DNA of 64,000 nt from Methanomassiliicoccales archaeon (GTDB lineage Archaea > Thermoplasmatota > Thermoplasmata > Methanomassiliicoccales > JAAEEP01). The stretch is taken from assembly GCA_013415695.1 (NCBI GenBank), contig JAAEEP010000006.1, positions 21,318 to 85,317 of the forward strand. The letters are read 5' to 3'. The notes beneath the pieces are model-generated. The model had not been told where the DNA came from. It did not search any database and worked only from the letters and a program-made list of their open reading frames with translations. Positions 27,007 to 34,767 of the stretch are shown here, one piece after another. The position numbers were made by a program, and so were the translations under genes. The number at the start of each line of letters is the position of its first letter. The stretch's first letter is position 1.

Positions 27007-28059
27007 TCACTTGTCTAGGATCTCCCTGATCTTTTCCAGGTTCTCCGGGTGTTTTTCGAAGAACTCCCGCACGGGAGCGAGCATCTCCACAAGGGCGGAG
27101 GAGGTCCCGTTCTTGAGGTCCATTGGATGCAGTTGTCCTGCTACGTATGATTCCTCGAGTGCCGAATAGCTCTCAAAGACCAAGGGACCGCCGAACTTCT
27201 CCGGACGATCGATCTTCAGGAAGTCCATTCTTTGGAATATTATGAAACGGCAAATATCCAGTATTGGATTTCCCTCTGCCTCTGGAGGGCAGAATGCCTT
27301 CTTTATCTTCCTCCTGATGTCCTCGGGAGAGTCGTGAATCATGATCCCACTGTCGGGGTCGCTCTTGGACATCTTGGCTGCAAGAGGATCCATTCGATCA
27401 CCTCCCTTGAGCCCCGATAACAAGGGCGTATGCAACGCTACTGGCTTCTTCCAGCCGAGTTTATCAGCGGCTTCCCTGGCCAGCATGTGCGCCCTTCTCT
27501 GATCCATGCCTGCGTAGGCCACATCAACATCCAGGGCAAAAATGTCAGCCGCCTGCATCAGGGGATACATGACCTTGGAGGTGTCCACCTCGGCCTCATC
27601 ACCCTCTCTTCCCATGATGGTCATGGCTCTCTTCACCCTGGATAGGGTTGAGTTCTTCCCGATGCTGATGACCTTAGACCAATAATCGATGTTATCCATT
27701 AGTTCAAAGGCATAGACGAAATTGACCTTGTCCCTGGGCACACCGAGTGCCTCGAAACAGTCCTCCATATACCTGGCACATATCCTGATGGTGCCGATGT
27801 TTCCACCGAGCTTGTCGTTGATATAGGCGTGCCAGTCTGCGAAGAACACCGTGAAGTCGAATCCTGCGTCGACGAAGTCTCTCACCTTGTTGGATATGAT
27901 AACCCAGCCAAGGTGCACCAGGCCCGAAGGCTCGAAACCGACGTAGCCCTTCGGTCGGTCGTTTGTCTCCAAGAGCTTCCTCAGCTCTTCCGGGGTAACG
28001 ACCTCCTCGGCATTCCTGGTCAGTAGGTCAAATCGTTCCTCTGAGTCCATGGAAATCAA
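27007..28059 (-). CDS. tyrS: Tyrosine--tRNA ligase (archaeal type)
   Basis: GFEPSGLVHLG, YPLMQAADI, KMSKS, PEDIRRKIKKAFCP; collinear with archaeal TyrRS. Confidence 0.9.
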   Translation of the reverse strand: MISMDSEERFDLLTRNAEEVVTPEELRKLLETNDRPKGYVGFEPSGLVHLGWVIISNKVRDFVDAGFDFTVFFADWHAYINDKLGGNIGTIRICARYMEDCFEALGVPRDKVNFVYAFELMDNIDYWSKVISIGKNSTLSRVKRAMTIMGREGDEAEVDTSKVMYPLMQAADIFALDVDVAYAGMDQRRAHMLAREAADKLGWKKPVALHTPLLSGLKGGDRMDPLAAKMSKSDPDSGIMIHDSPEDIRRKIKKAFCPPEAEGNPILDICRFIIFQRMDFLKIDRPEKFGGPLVFESYSALEESYVAGQLHPMDLKNGTSSALVEMLAPVREFFEKHPENLEKIREILDK

Positions 28060-28139
28060 GGTCGAATCACCAGCCGCTTATTAAATACTTCTGGGAATTA
28101 AGAGGAAGATCGTTCATATTCTCCGAAAAGCCGAATCAG

Positions 28140-28294
28140 AGTTATGATGATTCTAATATGAATCACTTAATCATTATTATACATATGTATAGTAATTTTG
28201 ATTCATATTATACATATATCTATTCTAATAATACATTATATACAATTATAGTGTTTAACAACCTTTAAGTAGATATTTGTTTATAAACTAATTC
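28140..28294. promoter_or_regulatory. Strongly AT-rich divergent promoter region (tyrS / amt operon) with repeated TTATACATAT
   Basis: TTATACATAT occurs twice, alongside related ATACATTATATAC. Sequence inspection only. Confidence 0.4.
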
Positions 28295-28559
28295 ATGTCT
28301 CCAATAAATGTCTATCAAAATGGAATTGTTGATTCACAGTATTCCATTTTTATGGGCTTCGAGTGTACAAATATAGGAGAATATTCGGTGTCATTAGTCA
28401 AATATTATTCTCCAAGAAGGCAGAAATCGATTGAGATTGGGGCAAGTACCAACTCCCCTGATTCATCTCCGGAATGCTTTCCCCTAGCACTCATCAGGAG
28501 GCACAGCGAGGGGTCAAGACCTCGTGACATAAACGGCTCATCGAGCTACAAACACCAAT

Positions 28560-28602
28560 GGGACGGTCGTCAAACACCACACCTTTCTGACGCGACCGTC
28601 CC
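28560..28602 (+). promoter_or_regulatory. Perfect 10-bp stem hairpin in the amt leader
   Basis: GGGACGGTCG (28560-69) pairs with CGACCGTCCC (28593-602) around a 23-nt loop. Further hairpins: CCTGAT/ATCAGG (28458-63/28491-96) and CGAGG/CCTCG (28507-11/28520-24). Confidence 0.4.
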
Positions 28603-28691
28603 TTCACCCAGTATGATCAACTGCGCCTACGGAGAGTTGGGTCTTCAGGTGCGCACACGCTCTAAGAAAGGTAAAGTGAGGTGAATAAGAA

Positions 28692-30101
28692 GTGAGGAAA
28701 ACGACGCTGGTTCTAGTGGCAATCCTATTGGTAGGAGTGTTCCTCTTCATTCCATCGACAGTCATGGCAGCCGATCCCTCGGGAGCGGAAACCATCGCCA
28801 CGGAGGGAGAAGGAATTGCTCTCGACTTCATCTGGATACTGCTATGTGCTTTCTTGGTCTTCAGCATGCACGCCGGGTTCGCAATGTTGGAATCCGGATT
28901 CTCCAGATCGAAGAACGTGACCAATGTGCTTATGAAGAACATCATGGCCTTTTCTGTAGGCACTATCTCGTTCTTCGTCGTTGGATATGTCTTTCTAATG
29001 GGCACTGATTTCGCTGGCTTTTTCGGCACGGACGGATTCATGCTGCTAGGGGACTTCTACGATGTCAACACGTTGCTGCTGTGGTTCTTCATGCTTGTCT
29101 TCGCCGCTACCTCCGCCACAATCGTGAGTGGGGCTATCGCGGAGAGGACTAAATTCAGCACATTCATCATAGTAACTGTTGCGATTACCGCTGTCATCTA
29201 TCCCATATACGGACATTGGATCTGGGGCGGTGGGTGGCTCTCTTCGGCAAATTTCCTTGTAGATCTGGGTGGCGGCTATGGGGCTCTCGATTTTGCGGGA
29301 TCTGGTGTAGTCCACGCGGTGGGCGGTTTCATCGCCCTCGCGGGCTGTCTGATCATTGGTCCGAGGATAGGGAAGTACAGCTCTGACGGAAAACCAAATC
29401 CCATTCCAGGCCACAGCATGACCCTGGCAGTACTGGGTGCATTCATACTCTGGTTTGGATGGTTCGGATTCAACGCTGGGAGTACCCTCTCCGCATACGA
29501 GCTTAGGATATCAGTAATTGCAGTCAACACCAATATGGCGGCCGCAGCAGGCGCCATCACGGCAATGGGGATCACATGGCAGAAATTCGGCAAACCAGAT
29601 ATCGCCATGACCGTAAACGGTGCGATAGGTGGTCTTGTAGGAATAACCGCGGGTTGTGCTTGGGTAGCCCCCTGGGCTTCATTGGTCATTGGAGTGGCAG
29701 CCGGAGCAATCGTATGCTATGCATATTGGTATCTTGAGAGCAAAGGAGTGGATGATGTGGTGGGAGCCATCTCGGTGCACGCTTTCGGCGGAATCTGGGG
29801 GCTCATCGCCCTTGGCCTGTTCGCTGATGGCACCTATGGCAACTACACCACAGAGGGGCCTCTAGTTACCGGTCTTCTATACGGCAACCCCGGATTCTTC
29901 GTGGTCCAACTGATCAGCGTTTTGGTTGTCATATTGTGGGCGTTTGGACTCGGTCTGGCCTTATTCTATACGCTCAAGAAGACCACTGGTGTCAGGGTCG
30001 AGCCCGTGGAGGAAATTGAGGGTCTTGACCTTGCAGAGCACGGTTCTCTAGCATATCCAGAGTTCGTATCAATGGACCTTGTCGTCAAGAGGAGGCGGTA
30101 G
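28692..30101 (+). CDS. amt: Ammonium transporter Amt
   Basis: GTG start after GAGGTGA. Signal-like N-terminus, then FLVFSMHAGFAMLESG, AGSGVVH and the usual multi-TM layout. Confidence 0.9.
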   Translation: MRKTTLVLVAILLVGVFLFIPSTVMAADPSGAETIATEGEGIALDFIWILLCAFLVFSMHAGFAMLESGFSRSKNVTNVLMKNIMAFSVGTISFFVVGYVFLMGTDFAGFFGTDGFMLLGDFYDVNTLLLWFFMLVFAATSATIVSGAIAERTKFSTFIIVTVAITAVIYPIYGHWIWGGGWLSSANFLVDLGGGYGALDFAGSGVVHAVGGFIALAGCLIIGPRIGKYSSDGKPNPIPGHSMTLAVLGAFILWFGWFGFNAGSTLSAYELRISVIAVNTNMAAAAGAITAMGITWQKFGKPDIAMTVNGAIGGLVGITAGCAWVAPWASLVIGVAAGAIVCYAYWYLESKGVDDVVGAISVHAFGGIWGLIALGLFADGTYGNYTTEGPLVTGLLYGNPGFFVVQLISVLVVILWAFGLGLALFYTLKKTTGVRVEPVEEIEGLDLAEHGSLAYPEFVSMDLVVKRRR

Positions 30102-30103
30102 CG

Positions 30104-30442
30104 ATGAAGAAAATCGAGGCTATCATAAGGCATGAGAAGCTGGATGAGGTGAAGAGCTCCCTCGATGAGGCAGGCATAGTGGGCATGACAATCTCCGAGG
30201 TCATGGGACGCGGCCGGCAGAAAGGTTTCGAACGCCAGTGGAGGGGCATGGTCTATGTAGCGGATCTTGTCCCCAAGATCAAGCTCGAGATCATTGTCGA
30301 CGACAAGGACGTCGAGTTGGCGATCGATACCATCCTGAAATCCGCATGGACTGGGGACACCGGAGACGGCAAGATCTTCGTGACCGACGTCGAGGAGGTC
30401 ATCAGAGTTCGCACCGGAGAGCGGGGAAGGGATGCGATATGA
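30104..30442 (+). CDS. glnK: PII nitrogen regulatory protein (GlnK/GlnB)
   Basis: MKKIEAIIRHEKLDEVKSSLDEAGIVGMTISEVMGRGRQKG..TGDTGDGKIFV. Confidence 0.9.
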   Translation: MKKIEAIIRHEKLDEVKSSLDEAGIVGMTISEVMGRGRQKGFERQWRGMVYVADLVPKIKLEIIVDDKDVELAIDTILKSAWTGDTGDGKIFVTDVEEVIRVRTGERGRDAI

Positions 30443-31395
30443 GCTTCCCTGTTGAGGTGCGTAAGAATCAGGAATACCACACGGGGGACGAGAAACCCCG
30501 TTACTTCCTGGAGGTCGATCTGAATATGGTCGCTCCGGGAAGGAAGGCTTCCCTCCCCATCTATTGGAGATCCAACAGTTCTCACCCGGTGCTCAAGGAG
30601 ATATATCACACCGAGATCGGTGGCTTCGCGATCGAGAGGGGGAACCTTCCCTCTCTCCTTGATTCGGTCAAGAACGCCATGGGCGGAATGATGGAGAACG
30701 GGACTTTGCCCTACTATTCGATCGTGCTTCCCAATGGCAACCGGCTATCGATATTTCTGGTTAAGGACAAGCTTCAGGCGAGAATCGGTCGAACGAAGAT
30801 CGAGGGGAAGGACATTGCAGACGTCTACAAGCAGCTGAGAGAGGCTCTGAAGGGGATAGGGATGATCACGAATGGTTCCCAGCTTAAGGTGAATATCTTC
30901 CTCTGGCACGATTTGAGATTGTACCCGCCCGCCTTCATTCTCAGAGATATTAGAGAAAGGGTTTGGACCCCCATCTTCTGCTCCCTGAAGGAGGGGGAGG
31001 CGATGCTGAACTACGATGAGGTCAACCGGCCTTCGGAGATGATCGAGATTAAAAATGTTCTCAATTTGCGCGACCAGATGGCATACAGGATCGCGTCCTA
31101 CGGGACCGTAAGGTCAGCCAATCAGATATTCATGGATCAGACCCACGATGCGGTCTGGAAGACCATCAGAGAACAGGTCGATAGAACCGATGAAGTTCTC
31201 AGCTACGAGAAGAGTGATTTGAGATTTGAGATACCAATCTACACGGCGAGGACCGGGCTGATTGCAGCTGACAGGCCCAAGGTGTTCTTCGGCAAGGATC
31301 CGTCTAGCCTGGCTTCGGTAGTGGCCGAGGTCCTCAAGGCGAACGGCACCATTGCCAGCTCCGTTTCGCTGAGATTGGATACCAAGAGGAGGTAG
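30439..31395 (+). CDS. Unrecognised soluble protein (318 aa), translationally coupled to glnK
   Basis: ATG 30439 overlaps the glnK stop (ATGA). No TM segment and no motif I recognise. The track extension from 30238 lies inside glnK and is rejected. Confidence 0.6.
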   Translation: MSFPVEVRKNQEYHTGDEKPRYFLEVDLNMVAPGRKASLPIYWRSNSSHPVLKEIYHTEIGGFAIERGNLPSLLDSVKNAMGGMMENGTLPYYSIVLPNGNRLSIFLVKDKLQARIGRTKIEGKDIADVYKQLREALKGIGMITNGSQLKVNIFLWHDLRLYPPAFILRDIRERVWTPIFCSLKEGEAMLNYDEVNRPSEMIEIKNVLNLRDQMAYRIASYGTVRSANQIFMDQTHDAVWKTIREQVDRTDEVLSYEKSDLRFEIPIYTARTGLIAADRPKVFFGKDPSSLASVVAEVLKANGTIASSVSLRLDTKRR

Positions 31396-31399
31396 TTGA

Positions 31400-32812
31400 A
31401 TGTATGAAATAATCGGAGCAGTGATAGGTGGAGCAGTACTCCTATTCCTGATCTGGGCAGTGAGATACACCAAATGCGGGCCCAACGAGGTGCTTATCAT
31501 CTCGGGTCGGAAGCGCAAGGATGCGACGAGCAAGAAGAGCGCCGGTTTCCGGATAATCAGAGGGGGCGGTACATTTGTCTGGCCTTTCAAAGAAACTGTC
31601 AAGCGGATGTCGCTGGAGATCATGAACCTTGATGTGCGCACCAGCGATGTGTACACTAAGCCAGGTGTTCCCATATCCGTGGAGGCGGCCTCGCAAGTGA
31701 AGGTGAAGGGTGATGACGAGTCCATCATCCTGGCGGCGGAGAACTTCCTCTCCAGGCCTAAGGACGACGTTATGAAGACCGCCCTTCAGGTACTTGAGGG
31801 CCACACCCGCGCGGCAATATCTATGATGACCCCGGAGGAGGCCTACCAGATGAGGCGTGAGCTCGCCAACAGATCCAAGGAGGAGGCCTCCGCTGACCTC
31901 AACAGGATGGGGCTGGAGATCGTCTCCCTGACCATAAGGAACGTTTACGACAACCAGGGCTACCTGGAGGCCGTTGGCAGGCCCCGGACAGCCCAGGTTA
32001 AGAGGGATGCGCTTATCGGTGAGGCTCTTGCTGACGAGGAGGCCAAGAAGGTCCAGTACGATGCCGAGACCAAGATAGAGGAGTCCCGTAGGAACTACGA
32101 GATACAAAAGGCCGGTTACGACGCTTCCGTTGCTGAGAGGAAGGCGGAGTCCGATCTCGCCTACGATCTGCAGAGGTTCAAGACCGAGCAGAAGGTGAAG
32201 GAAGAGGAGATCAAGGTCGGCATTGTCGAGAAACAGATGGCGACCGAGCTCGCCGAGAAGGAAATCGCCAGGAAAGAGAAGGAACTCTACGCTGAGGTGG
32301 TGAAACCTGCGGAGGCCGAGAAGCTCAAGATCGAGAGGTTGGCTGAAGCTGAGAAGTTCAAGCTGACGACCGAGGCCGATGGAGAGTCCATGGCCATCAA
32401 GCGCAGGGGATTCGCTGAGGCTGATGTGATCAAGCAGAAAGGTGTCGCGGAGGCGGAGACCATGACGCTAAAAGCTGAGGCCTGGAGCAACTATAACGAG
32501 GCGGCCGTCACCGAGATGTTCGTGGACGTCCTTCCCAAGATGGCTGAGGCAGTCGCACAGCCTCTGGCTCAGACAGATAAGATCACCATCATTTCGCAGG
32601 ACGGTCAGTCTACTGGGGCGGATCGCATAGTGGGCGACATAACCGGCGTGATAGCAAAGCTCCCCACAATCGTCGAATCCCTTACAGGAACCAAGCTAAG
32701 CGATCTGATCAAGAAGATCCCTGGCCTGGGGGAGGCTTTCGAGGACGATGATATGGAGACAAGTGAAACCCACACGGAGAGTGAGAGCGGATGGTCAGAA
32801 AAAGCCTTCTGA
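31400..32812 (+). CDS. Flotillin-like SPFH/band-7 protein
   Basis: N-terminal TM segment, an SPFH core (NLDVRTSDVYTKPGVPISVEA), and a long EA-rich coiled coil (AEAEKLKIERLAEAEKFKL). Confidence 0.85.
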   Translation: MYEIIGAVIGGAVLLFLIWAVRYTKCGPNEVLIISGRKRKDATSKKSAGFRIIRGGGTFVWPFKETVKRMSLEIMNLDVRTSDVYTKPGVPISVEAASQVKVKGDDESIILAAENFLSRPKDDVMKTALQVLEGHTRAAISMMTPEEAYQMRRELANRSKEEASADLNRMGLEIVSLTIRNVYDNQGYLEAVGRPRTAQVKRDALIGEALADEEAKKVQYDAETKIEESRRNYEIQKAGYDASVAERKAESDLAYDLQRFKTEQKVKEEEIKVGIVEKQMATELAEKEIARKEKELYAEVVKPAEAEKLKIERLAEAEKFKLTTEADGESMAIKRRGFAEADVIKQKGVAEAETMTLKAEAWSNYNEAAVTEMFVDVLPKMAEAVAQPLAQTDKITIISQDGQSTGADRIVGDITGVIAKLPTIVESLTGTKLSDLIKKIPGLGEAFEDDDMETSETHTESESGWSEKAF

Positions 32813-34284
32813 GATCAAAGAAGGAGGCAAAGTCAAAAGACCCGAAGGACCTCAAGAAGGAAGCGAAGCGGAGGGATAAGGATGATCCCTTCACCCGCTT
32901 CATATCCGGAGAGATCAAGATGGTGGACTTCAAGTTCACCGACCTCCCTGGAGGCCTGCAGCACATCACCATCCCTGCCGAGCGGTTCAACCCAGAAGTG
33001 CTTGCTGAGGGGATAGGTTTCGATGGTTCCAGCATCAGGGGGTTTGCGGAGATACAGGAGAGCGACATGCAGCTCGTCCCCGATCGAACGACGGCTTTCG
33101 TCGATCCCGTCTGTAAGCTCCCAACCCTTTCATTTCTATGCAACGTGTTCGATCCCGTCACAAAGGAAAGGTTCTGGAACGACCCGAGGTACATCGCCCA
33201 GAAAGCTGAGGAATATTTGGTATCCTCGGGAATCGCAGACACTGTGAATATGGGGCCAGAGGCAGAGTTCTTCATCTTCGACTCGGTAAGGTTCGACCAG
33301 AACGAGCACAGCAGCTATTACTTCGTGGATTCGGATGAGGGTATATGGAACTCTGGTTCTGACGACGGCCCTAACCTGGCCCACAGACCTAGGTACAAGG
33401 GTGGATACTTCCCCGTCCCACCCACCGACTCACTCAATGATATCAGGTCCGAGGCGATGCTGAAGATGGCTGAGGTTGGGATCGAGACAGAGGTGCACCA
33501 CCACGAGGTCGCAACTGCGGGACAGGGAGAGATCGGCATCAAGTACTCGACCCTAACCAAAGCCGCTGACAACATAATACTCTACAAGTACATCGTGAAG
33601 AACACTGCACTGGAATTCGGGAAAACGGTGACATTCATGCCAAAGCCCCTTTTCGGGGACAACGGGACCGGGATGCACGTCCACATATCACTGGCCAAGG
33701 AAGGTGACAACCTCTTCTACGGATCAGAGGGATATGCGCAGCTTAGCATCAGTGCCATGCACTTCATGGGCGGTTTGCTTGAGCATGCGGCCTCAGTACT
33801 TGCGTTCACCAATCCGACCACGAACTCATATCGCAGACTCGTTCCAGGGTTCGAAGCCCCTGTCAACCTCGTGTACTCGCAGAGGAATAGGAGCGCAGCG
33901 ATTAGAATTCCAGTCGTTTCTTCTCCCAAGGCCAAGAGGATGGAGTTCCGTCCCCCTGACCCATCCAGCAATCCATACCTAGCGTTTGCGGCCATTCTAA
34001 TGGCTGGACTCGATGGCGTGAAGCGCAGGATAGATCCGGGTGACCCCATGGATGTCGATATATTCGAGCTCCCGAGGGACAAGATCGCCAACATCAGAAC
34101 GGTGCCTGGATCACTTGAGAAAGTGCTTGAGGCGCTTGAGTCAGATCACGAATACCTGCTCAAAGGAGGGGTATTCACCAAGGGGCTGATAGAAACATGG
34201 ATAGAATATAAGAGGAAGAGAGAGAACGACCCTATGAGGCTTCGGCCACATCCTTACGAGTTCTACCTCTACTTCGATGTGTGA
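32791..34284 (+). CDS. glnA: Glutamine synthetase type I
   Basis: FDGSSIRGF, NMGPEAEFF, HHHEVATAGQGEI, KPLFGDNGTGMHVH and NSYRRLVPGFEAP. The start is ambiguous. ATG 32791 gives a Lys-rich extension and overlaps flotillin by 22 nt. ATG 32920 would truncate the usual N-terminal helix. Confidence 0.9.
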   Translation: MVRKSLLRSKKEAKSKDPKDLKKEAKRRDKDDPFTRFISGEIKMVDFKFTDLPGGLQHITIPAERFNPEVLAEGIGFDGSSIRGFAEIQESDMQLVPDRTTAFVDPVCKLPTLSFLCNVFDPVTKERFWNDPRYIAQKAEEYLVSSGIADTVNMGPEAEFFIFDSVRFDQNEHSSYYFVDSDEGIWNSGSDDGPNLAHRPRYKGGYFPVPPTDSLNDIRSEAMLKMAEVGIETEVHHHEVATAGQGEIGIKYSTLTKAADNIILYKYIVKNTALEFGKTVTFMPKPLFGDNGTGMHVHISLAKEGDNLFYGSEGYAQLSISAMHFMGGLLEHAASVLAFTNPTTNSYRRLVPGFEAPVNLVYSQRNRSAAIRIPVVSSPKAKRMEFRPPDPSSNPYLAFAAILMAGLDGVKRRIDPGDPMDVDIFELPRDKIANIRTVPGSLEKVLEALESDHEYLLKGGVFTKGLIETWIEYKRKRENDPMRLRPHPYEFYLYFDV

Positions 34285-34314
34285 TCGATGAAACTCCGTG
34301 AGCTTTGACACTTT

Positions 34315-34350
34315 GATGGCAAGGGTTGCCATCCTTTTTTCTATTTTCTT
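34315..34350 (+). terminator. Hairpin plus T-tract after glnA
   Basis: GATGGCAA-ggg-TTGCCATC followed by CTTTTTTCTATTTTCTT. Confidence 0.6.
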
Positions 34351-34443
34351 ATAATTTCCAAATCTGCCCTGGAGAAACGATATTTGTAGGAAAAATCGAG
34401 AAAGGGAAAGGGTTTCACTGGTAGTCTGACGGATAGTAGGGTG

Positions 34444-34725
34444 CTAGCCGCCCACGTTCATGTGCATGACGTTGACCACGTCACCATCCTCAAGCTCCGT
34501 ATCAAGGCCGTCCAGGAGGGTGATGTTCTTGCCATTCTTCAGGATGGTCACCACATCATTGAGGTTGCCCCGGGGATAGACGAACTTGCCGTAGCTTTCG
34601 TCGGTCTGCTTGAACACCTCCATCAGGAAATCCCTTATAGTAGAGCCTTCCATCTCGATGTCCAACTCCTTGACTCCAGCCATCTGGGCGAGATGTCCTA
34701 CTGTCTTGAACTTCACCCTTTTCAT
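34444..34725 (-). CDS. MoaD/ThiS-family ubiquitin-like beta-grasp protein ending in Gly-Gly (SAMP-like)
   Basis: 93 aa; ..ILKNGKNITLLDGLDTELEDGDVVNVMHMNVGG-stop; SD GGTGG. Confidence 0.75.
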   Translation of the reverse strand: MKRVKFKTVGHLAQMAGVKELDIEMEGSTIRDFLMEVFKQTDESYGKFVYPRGNLNDVVTILKNGKNITLLDGLDTELEDGDVVNVMHMNVGG

Positions 34726-34767
34726 CGAACCACCTTTGGGTCCATGGATTATTCAGATGTTGCCAAT

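Noticed and set aside
28140-28294. AT-rich block as a replication origin
   Set aside because: There are no ORB-like inverted repeats and no adjacent cdc6/orc1 gene. Its size and position fit a divergent promoter.
28471-28482. GGAATGCTTTCC as an NrpR-type nitrogen operator
   Set aside because: The described operator is GGAA-N6-TTCC. This site has N4 spacing and lies well downstream of the likely promoter.
28295-28684. 129-aa ORF filling the amt leader
   Set aside because: It starts inside the AT-rich promoter block, has no SD, and has a Ser/Pro/Arg-rich composition with no motif. It is more economically explained as non-coding leader. It remains open to proteomic disproof.
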